Source: Amphiscolops sp. MND2022 (lineage: Eukaryota). From it: a stretch of DNA of 64,000 nt. The stretch covers positions 2,730,001-2,794,000 of the forward strand of contig OZ076409.1 in assembly GCA_964187785.1 (NCBI GenBank). Reading direction: 5' to 3'. This document shows, one piece after another, positions 54,577 to 64,000 of this stretch; position 1 is the stretch's first letter, and each line of letters opens with the position of its first letter. The notes under the pieces were generated by a model that was not told the DNA's origin, ran no database searches, and saw only the letters and a program-made list of their open reading frames with translations. The translations under genes were made by a program, and so were the position numbers.

Positions 54577-55448
54577 TTTTGTATCTATAAGTAATGAGGT
54601 ACGTGTATTAAGATAGGCTATAAGAATTGTAGCTGAAAACTTTTAAGATTTGTGACAGTTTTCAAGATATTTGGATTTGAAATTCGCACTTTTAAGCAAT
54701 AAAGTTGCGATATTTCAGAACGCTACTGTATTTCGACGTAGATTTGTATGCAACTTCTTTTCCAGTTTTCGGACTTCACAAGTTTTGCAACTTTTTGCGG
54801 GAATTCTACCAATTATGCATTTCTTACAAAAATCTTATTATAAGAACAAGAATAGCAAATTTTGAAAGCTTGCTACAATGTCGAGCATTTATTACAAGGT
54901 TATCATAACACTTTTGCTTGCAAAATTGGCATCTATTGGTAAGAAATGCGGATTATGATTTCCAGCTATGGTGTCCTTCTATCTCATGGAACTTTTAGCA
55001 GGAAACCATAATTCACATTTCATGCTGCAATTGCCTGAAATCACGGTAACTATGATACCAACCAACTGTTCCTATCACTATTTTGTGCTAATTAGGTGTT
55101 AAGAAGCTCCAGGAAACGCGGTGTCGAAAACCGTCCTCAATGCTACCCGGGCCATTAATGTAACACTGTCAGCGATATAGAGATAGATACAGATTTTGAA
55201 GAGATACATTGGAAACGACACTAGAAAAGTCCAAAGAATTTTGAACTAATTTTGGTCAAAATTTTCTTCTCAGAAAATTACACAAAATTGCATTTTCTGT
55301 ACGAATTTCATACCAATAAATGAAAATTTTTCAAGAGGGTTATAAGAATTTTGTAACAAACTTTAAAAGTTGCGATTCTTGGACAAAGTTGTAAAATAGA
55401 CTGCAATCTAGGTGTTTCTTGTTGTTATTCCAGATATATATCATTAAG

Positions 55449-55975
55449 TTGTTACAATGTTGAACATTTGTCAGATATATTGTTTCATAGATTGATTTGT
55501 AACAATGTTATAAATATTTATTTTCGGACATTGGTCAATTTACTTGTATCTGAGAAACATAGCCAAACTTAGTCCAAAAATGACCAAATGACAATAAAGT
55601 AGGTAGGTAACTTGTTTCTCAATATTTTAATCCGTTTCCGACTCCTTTACCGCACATGCGGCTGTGGTCATTGTTTTGAGAATTTAATATCTGTTACACA
55701 TAAATTGTCTCTAGACGTGACAATTTATGTGTAACAGATACTAAATTCTCGAAACAATGACCACAGCCGCATGTGCGGTAAAGGAGTCGGAAACGGACTC
55801 AAATATTGAGAAACAACTTACCTACTTTATTGTCATTTGGTCATTTTTGGACTAATTTTGGCTATGTTTCTCAGATACAAGTAAATTGACCAATGTCGGA
55901 AAATAAATATTTATAATATTGTTACAAATCAATCTATGAAACAATATATCTGAAAAATGTTCAACATTTTAACAA
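55449..55975. repeat. Long near-perfect palindrome (two ~260-bp arms, 9-nt spacer)
   Basis: Left arm ends ...CACATAAATTGTC (55709), spacer TCTAGACGT, right arm starts GACAATTTATGTG (55719); complementarity continues to TTGTTACAATGTTGAAC / GTTCAACATTTTAACAA. Confidence 0.97.
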
Positions 55976-57049
55976 ATTTCCAAAGTTTGCAAGTCTTGTA
56001 GAAAGCACAATAATGCATTAATAATAACGAACTTGTTATAATTTTTTAAGGGTAGCAAGATACAAGTCATACGATTTTGATGTCATTGCACACGCAAAAG
56101 CACCTTTGAGTGCAGAACGACTGTGCAAGTTTTTTAAAAGTCGTTTGGGCAATTTTTGAGAAATTTGATGTTTTCATTGAAAGGTCGGGAGAAAAAAGGC
56201 ACGAGTGCATAAGTAGTCGAGAATTTTTCGGACTCCTGAAAAAAGGTTTTTAAAATTCCTTTTACCCAAATTATTTTCATTTTTAAAACTGGACTGATTT
56301 AATTGAACTATGTTGTTAGCCGTGGCAGATTGTGACCCATTTCAACCTTCCGAGATTAAAAGCCCCCTGTTTTACAATTTTATACGAACAGTAAGTAACG
56401 CTTGCTTATAGGGAACAATAGTTATATGAAACGGTAGTAGAACAACTTTGGCAAAGCCCGATATATAATCCCGTAGATTCAGCCGTGTTTCGAATTTCGG
56501 CTCCTTATGTAGAATAAGTGGCTCTGAAAGGAATTCCATTATGACCTTATTTGGAAGGCTTTTCCGTTTTTGTGGTATGAATTTAGGATATTTGAATTCC
56601 CAAATCTCAGTTTCCGCCCATAAGGCGAATTTGACATGAATGTACTTCGTTTCCATAATGAGGTCTAACAGCGATTTGCATTCAGAAAAAGGGAGGTCCA
56701 ACGTTATTTAATTTTCTTTACAAATTGGAGGAACAAAGATTTTAGAAAAAGCGTCAGAAATTCAATTAAACAGAATATGTCTGTATGCGAACGTTGTTTC
56801 GACAAATTGTATTCTGTAGGGGATTTCAATTTTAGCCAGCTAATTTCAGAAAAAAAAATCAATGCTGTTGAAAAAATCATTTCAGCACTTCTTAAAAAGG
56901 CGTCGGAAATCGAATGCCAACAATGATCGAAATTTCGGAAGGTGATCTTTCAAACTGCTCCGGCGGGATTCTTGCAAGATCTTGACAAACTTGCATTTTA
57001 AGTAAGAATTTGGTAGGATTTTTCAAGGAATCCACGAAAAATGCATTAA

Positions 57050-57393
57050 CTAAGCACCGGAATATTTTTCGTGACACGCTTATTGCAAAAACGTATGGCG
57101 AAAGAGAGGTTCGAAACCACGACCTACTGGCTGGGAAACAAAAAAAATTCAAACACCAGCTCGGGTTCAAACTCTGGACCTACAACCTAAATGCGCCACC
57201 ATAATTGAAGTAACTCAGTTGTAACTATCGCTAGTAAACTAGTAAAATAGTCAAAAAACTATAAAATAGTCAAGTAACGAAGTGCCATGCACTTCAGTCC
57301 ATGGAGTGGAGATAAAGTGGAGTTTCAACAGAATTTGTGAAAGCATCACAAATCATGATTTTCCTCCCCCGTCTATGTGGGCGGAAAATAATA
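57050..57393 (-). mobile_element. HINE-B copy (terminal bases lost)
   Basis: TAAGCACCGGAATATTTTTC ... ATCATGATTTTCCTCCCCC...GGAAAATAATAA; AAAATAGTCAAGTAA shared with the 17807 copy. Confidence 0.65.
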
Positions 57394-58437
57394 ATTCATG
57401 AAATTACGAATTTCACAATATTGTCCTGTTGAATTTGAAAATAATAATCGATATTTTTTTGAAAAATGAACAATGAGTTTCGGTTGAAAATTTTTCTACA
57501 ACTGAAATTTGTTTGTAATTCCGATATGCCGCGATATAAATCATGTAGTTAATCAGATGTTTTGGTAATGGGAAGAATGTCAGAAAATCTTTCTCTGCAG
57601 TCTGGAATTTATGTTTTTCTTCCCAGAAGTAAAAACAGGAACTAAAGAAAAAGACTGAAATCAAACTTTTACAATTGTTCTCAATGTAATAGTATTCTAC
57701 AGATGAAAATGGAAAAAAATGAGAATATTTATAAACTTTCAGCAATATTTTGCATTAAAATACAAAGATTACACAGTTCATGATTACAGCTCATTCATTG
57801 TAACGGTGGTAGGTTGTACAACGGAAACGAGCTTTGAGACGAAAGAATATAAAGCCGAAGATCTACAGCCGACATCTACTCCTTACTTAATCATCACTAA
57901 CAGTGGTGAGCAGAAATGAAGATGGAAGTAATCGGAATGCAGCAACGTGGCTGTAAGTATAACAATGGCTAACTTCGTTGGCTAACATCCAATCAGATTT
58001 GAGATCGGCTTTATATCTTTCTTCTTCGGTTAAGTTCATTCAGTTATACGAACGGCTACCCATTGCAACTGAAAGTGAGAAACTACATAATTTTGTTTTT
58101 TGGAATACTGCACGGCTAAGTTGAAGCAAAATCAGATGAAACGATCTAATTGACGACTCTAGCATGAAAGGAATGAAGTTCAGTCGAAAAAAAGCCACTT
58201 TCAATCCCATTTCCTGTTACTTGTTCAACTGTTTCTCAGTTTCAGAGGTGAGTTCTAAAACAGAAGTTTCCTTTTCACAAGTGGAAATATCCAGGCATGA
58301 AAACAAGCATGGATCGAAAACCATTCTTTGATAATTCACAAAAATTCCTGTTTTAGGCCATATTTCTGTTTAAGAAACTCTCAGTTGCTATGATATACAT
58401 TTCTATATTGAATATTTTTGAAAAAGTCTCGTTTAGT

Positions 58438-58863
58438 TTTTAGTCGGCGCTTTTAGATAATAAAAGAGCCCGACTATTACAGTCACTCGTGTTTTTCTGT
58501 AAAACAGACTCGAATGCGACGAAACTTTTGTTCAGTTTGTTCAACTGAACGAACACCTGGGAAACGCATCTTATTGCAAAGGGTCCCCATTTATTTTTTC
58601 TCGGCACCATGCGACTTTTTTCCAAAAATTTTAATTGTCTTCAAAGGGTCCCTCCTTCGATTATATTGAACTCCCCCCTCGTAATATTCGGAGTTGCGCG
58701 CTATAACCGAACTTTTGACGTTTTATCCGAACTATATTGCGCTTTCGTAAGGAGGAGGCGGAGGTCCGAAAACAGGAGTTTTTCATGAAAACTTACGCAT
58801 ATTTCAAAAACTGCGTTTTTGAGCCTTAGATATAGTGCCGACTTTAGACGTTCCCGTCTAGTT
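58438..58863 (+). mobile_element. HINE-A copy
   Basis: TTTAGTCGGCGC ... GTGCCGACTTTAGACGTTCCCGTCTAGTT. Confidence 0.8.
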
Positions 58864-59846
58864 AAGTGTCTACAAACGGTTTGAAACGATAACTTTCGTG
58901 TTGTTGCAAATGTCAAAAAAGAATTTCTGTATTTGATGGTTTTTCAAATGATTTTTGAAGATTTCCGAAAATTTACTGAAAAAGCCTGTTGTCCCATTTC
59001 AAAAAAACTATTTGAAATTATGTAAAGGTTTTGTTCCTTAAGTCAACGGTTTTTAAAAATTACGAACATCTTTGTCGGTGGAAAGTGCTCGAAATTCGAA
59101 AACAAACTATATTCACTCACCACAGATAGTCCAATAGATTGTTGATAAGAAAAACAAATTGTCGTTTTCTTATATGCCTTTTGCGTTTCGTATTTTTTAT
59201 TGATTGTTAAAAAAATCGCTATCCTCATTTGAGGACGAAATCACTGTCGAGGTTAGTGAAGTTTTCGTGCTCAAAAATTTCATGCTGCGTCACTAACTTA
59301 TTCAGCTGTTTGTTCGAATTTCTCCACAATTTGGCGGGACTTCAGGGCAACAAACATCAAGTAAATTAAACCAAAATAATAACCCGCCTTTTTTAGGTTT
59401 TCGTGGACAATATCTTCAATTTTGTAAGCACAGATGCTACAATATGACGTAAACGCATAGTTTATGAATGCCAGCGCGGTAAAAAGAAGTATTCCGGAAT
59501 TAAGTTGATTTCTTTATTACGTACCAAATAACATAAGAGCAAACAACATGGAAACGAAATTATTCCCGTTTCACATATATTAGTTTCATATAACAAAAAA
59601 ATAAAACCAAACACGCGGTTTAACAATCGAACTCACGAAATTTTATCTGTAATTCTCATACTTTTTTGCAGTGAATCTTTTGAATTGTGAATTTTTTGAC
59701 CACTAAAACTTTCTTGTAAACAAGTATATTTTCATATTTAGTGAAACTCATTTCATTTTAATGGTATTTGAAACTAATATTGATTTTTATGTTATTTGCT
59801 TTTATGTTATTTGGGAGCCCATGGATTCCTGCTAAGAAATAGCAGG

Positions 59847-60117
59847 TTAAACTAACTGATAGTCCGCCATTTTAGCTCGCTTCAGAATTTGTTCGGCAAT
59901 TGATTCGGCGTCTAGTTTCGGGAGAGCTTCGTGCCTAGTAGCCGCGGTCACCGTGCTTGCTTTTCCGTTCACCTCTCTGTCCCATTTAGTAATTACTGTA
60001 GTGCCTTTACTACTTGACGCCGAAGTAGCTACTGTCGAGTCTTTGGTCGTGGGTTCGTATCCCATCGATTCCAACATTTTGCTCCTTGCTCGGATACCGG
60101 GAGTATGCAGGTTTTTC
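59847..60117 (-). CDS. Putative terminal coding exon of an unidentified host gene
   Basis: Acceptor AATTCAG|G, frame KNLHTPGIRARSKMLESMGYEPTTKDS...EQILKRAKMADYQLV-stop; phase matches the upstream exon. Confidence 0.65.
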
Positions 60118-60380
60118 CTGAATTGATGAGAATTCTTATGAATATTAAATGAAGCAAAAAAAGGATTCTGCAAATCTGTTTTTAGTCGGGCGTGTTTCAA
60201 TGATGCTGCATATGTTCTGTAGCGTACTATTAGCCGGCAATTTTTGATATTAAAATGCAAGGCTTATACTAGGTATAGTTTTTCCAGATGTCACTGAAAC
60301 CTCCACTTCTCATGAATTTTATGAAATTAACCATAAGATAAAAAACCGATCATCCGGACCGGCCAAAAGGTCCTTTCTTT

Positions 60381-60863
60381 TTTAGTCGGCGCTTTTCTTA
60401 AGAAACGAGTCGACTATAGTCGTGGCTTTTCGTCAGTGTTTTTTTCGATATACCTGAAGTGACCAAAATAGTTCTACAAGTTCTACAAAATTTTATGGCG
60501 TCAAATAGAACCATTTGGCCTAGCGAACTGAACCAAAAAGGTTTTTTCTTTTTTTTCCGCGTAACATCCTTTACTTGGCGAGACTAAAGGGTCCCCCTTT
60601 CAGTTATATTTGGCATTATGCGAGTTTTTTTTCGAAAACTTTTCCTTCCACCAAAGGGTCCCCCTTCAATTTTTTAGAGTTTTGCAACAGATTGGATGTT
60701 GAAAAATCCCAAAGGGTCCCCCTTTCAGTTTTTTCGGCATTGTGAGACTTTTTTCAAAAACTTTTTTCGGGTGCTGTAGGAGAGAATACTTTGACACTTT
60801 GAAGTCCTTTTGCTATTTTTGAGCCTTAGATATGGCGCCGACTGGGGCCGTTCCCGGCTTGTT
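60381..60863 (+). mobile_element. HINE-A copy inside the predicted host intron
   Basis: TTTAGTCGGCGC ... GGCGCCGACTGGGGCCGTTCCCGGCTTGTT. Confidence 0.82.
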
Positions 60864-60929
60864 GAATATAGTTCCTAGAAACTGGTGTTTAGTCCTCCTG
60901 GAAATTGATCTTTAACCGAAAACACTAAC

Positions 60930-61124
60930 CAGGAATTTTTCTGGCTGGAGAAGCCATTGACGGAGTTCTCGGAAGGTGAGATTCGAGGGACTGTCGCGCT
61001 TCCTTTTCTTTTGGTTAGCTTAAAATTGCCCAGACTCATTCCGTTGGCAGCTTGTTTCAAATCAAAACTCTTTGACACACTGCGTTTTAACCCGGACTCA
61101 AACTTGTCTTCCGATTTGAGAACT
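60930..61124 (-). CDS. Putative internal coding exon (195 nt, phase 2/2) of the same host gene
   Basis: TTTTTTTTCAG acceptor, frame VLKSEDKFESGLKRSVSKSFDLKQAANG...SSQKNS(W), GTTAGT donor. Confidence 0.65.
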
Positions 61125-62066
61125 CTGAAAAAAAACGAAGGGTATTCCTTACTAAGAGTGACCCTGTATATATATGTGTGGTGCCTCCGTATTTTGTCGG
61201 AATTATTATTATAACGTAGTCAGCTATGTTCACATACCCCTAGTGCCCTAAATGCAGGAGCGAATCGAAGCCGAGCGATGTGTCACATGGCCATGCCTCG
61301 ATGTTGCAGGGAGCGAAGCGACCGAGCCATACAACAAATATGCTAACATCTTCAAATCAAGTTCCATACATATTGGCTGTAACATCACTAAAAGCTAGTA
61401 TTTTGATTTCTGCTGTTTGAGATCTACTCTGTAAATTTTTGACATGTAATGTTTGCTTTAATTTTGTACAGGTAATGTTTGCTTTACGTTGGCTCTTCCA
61501 AATTTGTTAGGGACCACACTTAGTGAGGAGTACCAAAAGAAGAACTGAAATAGTTTCTGTGGAAACTTCGTCGTTCATAGCCATACTCCACAGTAAAATC
61601 CCGGATGTTACTACTTGAGCCCGAAGTTATTTTAATGCTTCTCCTTACGAATCCTGACTTCAATATTTTTCTATTACATGAAATGCCTGCATTTGGTAGC
61701 CGTTCGGATAACCGAACGAGCTTACAGAAGAACGAATGTCAAAACGAAATCACGTCCTTCTTTTAATGCTCCGGATTGACTTCCACAGCATATGGTGATA
61801 TATGCAATCAGTTCAGTCATACAATGACCATACAAGAAAAAATTTTCAAATCATACAATTAACCCCAATCGACCTGGGCGTTTTTTAAAATTTTCGAAAA
61901 ATTTTCCAAAAAAATTTCAATCATCGATATCTCCACAACTACGCGTACCAGAGGAACGAACTATAGCGCGTTTGAAAGGTCTGATATTGGGCTTTCATTT
62001 TGGTCAGGTGAGCCCCTGTCGCCGCGCGCCCCTTCCTTCAGAATTTTAGTCTCTTTTTCCGGTACC

Positions 62067-62120
62067 GCCGCTTCGCGGCAGTTCCGCACTTCGTGCGGCC
62101 CGCTGCGCGGGGGCTTGTAG
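62067..62120. other. Three adjacent GC-rich mini-hairpins, possible rolling-circle element terminus
   Basis: GCCGC-TTC-GCGGC, CCGCAC-TTC-GTGCGG, CCCGC-TGC-GCGGG, then GGCTTGTAGT. Confidence 0.6.
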
Positions 62121-62990
62121 TAACAACAGAATATTATAGGGGTTTGTTGCACTAGGACTTGTTGTGGAAGGGTATGTGGTTGGTTTTTTCTATTGATCAA
62201 AGACTTTTGAGAAAACAGCATTTCGTCAAAATCTGAATTTTGAGAAAATATAAGTCTTTTCTTGTGCAAAAAACCCATTTTTCTCAGCTTTGGAGATATA
62301 TTCCCTTTTTCTAATGCTTGTGCCATTCAAACCAATCTAGGTACCAATTACTTGTTGAAAAAAACCGTGCTAGAGAAAATGGGCTACTGGCAAAAGGAAT
62401 CAGAATTTGGAAGAAAAGGTAGGCTGCTTTAAAGCATCACTAGGTTCATTGGGGTTAAGGCCTAGGGCTTTTTATAGAGCAGTAGCATTAATCCGTACTT
62501 CAAAGGATATCTGATGTCTTTTGTTCTACCGATTGCACGATTTCGTTCACGCATATGGCATTGAAGTTTAGCAGTTGACTAACAAATTGTTAATGCACTG
62601 TTTAGGAAAATTTGTTTACACAAAAGTTTGGCTTAAACTGATTATTCGATCGCTTGTTCACGCATCTCGAAAACCATTTCAGTCTCGACCTGCGGTCTCG
62701 ATTGAAATCAATTCTCGATGCATGAACAAGCCATCGAATAACTAGTACTTAACTTCCGGTAATGGAGAAAGTTTTCACGATTGTTAAGGTCAGTTTGAAA
62801 AACGTTTCAAAATTTCTATGAAAAATTTTGGGTGGTGGAAGGAAAAGAGAAGAGGGACTCATTGTTTCGAACTACCTACTTGCATGTATGAAGTTAATCT
62901 TTACTTAGGGTATCTTTTTGAGCAAAAGTTTCGTTATTAACAAATGAGAATGGTTAAGAATGATTCACCATTATGCTCTTTTATTGTACT

Positions 62991-63476
62991 TTTAGTCGGC
63001 GCTTTTCTTTAGAAAAGAGTCGACTGTAGTCATGGCTTTTCGTCAGTGTTTTTTAAAGACCACCTGAACTGACCAAAATAGTTCTACAAAATATTATTGC
63101 ACCAAATTGCACCATTTGGCCTAGCGAACTTAACCAAAAAGGTTTTTACTCTTTTCCCGCGTAACATACCATACCGGGCGAGACCAAAGGGTCCCCCCTT
63201 TTAGTTTGTTTCGGCATTGTGAGGCTTTTTTTCCGAAAAAAATTTTTCCCCAAAGGGTCCCCTTTTCAATTTTTTTTACTGTTTTGCGACAGAATGGATG
63301 TTGGAAACCCCCAAAGGGTCCTCCCTTTCAGTTTTTTTCGGCAGTGTGAGACTTTTTTTCCAAATTTTTTTTTTCATAAAAGGGTCCCCAACTCACCAAT
63401 ACTTTGACATATTGAAGTCCTTTTGCTATTTTTGAGCCTTAGATATGGCGCCGACTTGGGCCGGTCCCGGCTTGTT
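62991..63476 (+). mobile_element. HINE-A copy
   Basis: TTTAGTCGGCGC ... GGCGCCGACTTGGGCCGGTCCCGGCTTGTT. Confidence 0.82.
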
Positions 63477-64000
63477 GTTCTAATTTTAGATTTCTATCCA
63501 AATTGCATGATTTTCTTATAATGATAAAGTTGACGTGTTCATTTGATAATCAGTCTCTGATTGGTGCCGATTAACATTCTAGTATACCAGTAAGCCAATT
63601 GTCTTAAAAAACAGGCCTAAAAACAGCACTAAGTTTTTTGCAATTAGAATGAATAATCAACTGTCTCCGGATAAATACAGAGCTTCTGACGAAATCTCAG
63701 GTACCAAAATTAGAGCAATTGAACTGTAGATCAAATTTCACGCATCTTCAGTAGTTAAATTGGCGAAATAACGACTCTTGACCTAAAAACCCGCCTGTCA
63801 AATTAACGTAAGCATCGGTTGCTTGACTTATCAGTTGTCAGCATGTGAAATATTGTGCTAGTTAGTTTACCAGAAATACAAAAGGTTAACTTGTCCGGAA
63901 AAATGCTACAAATTGTTGAACAGGGGGGGGGGGGCTTTAAGAGGGGGGGGATTGGTAGTGTGTAAAAATGAATACATGTAAAAAAGGGAAAAAAAGTAAA

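Noticed and set aside
61961..62326. 121-aa minus-strand ORF as an upstream exon of the host gene
   Set aside because: Runs into the GC hairpin cassette and lacks a phase-compatible donor that I can support.

Overview
AT-rich eukaryotic (animal-like) DNA made almost entirely of repeats and transposable elements. No prokaryotic operon, rRNA, intact tRNA gene or CRISPR array is visible. Contents: (1) a 4.8-kb TIR-bounded element filled with an 83-bp satellite in six higher-order blocks; (2) two decayed Mag-like Ty3/Gypsy LTR elements (27.55-33.63 kb minus; 38.68-46.77 kb plus); the second carries a 1-kb (CCA)n tract, has its 3' LTR split by a LINE and by nested Helentron-like elements, and is flanked by a ~150-bp direct duplication; (3) two BEL/Pao relics; (4) a decayed Mutator-like transposase element plus several MITEs; (5) at least 11 copies of one and 4 of a second non-autonomous Helitron2/Helentron (HINE)-like family, both ending in CTTGTT; (6) a ~525-bp near-perfect palindrome; (7) a triple GNA-triloop hairpin cluster; (8) two frame-compatible terminal exons of an unidentified host gene (minus, 59.8-61.1 kb). 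All coordinates and identities were read by eye, and family assignments rest on motif recognition, not database searches.
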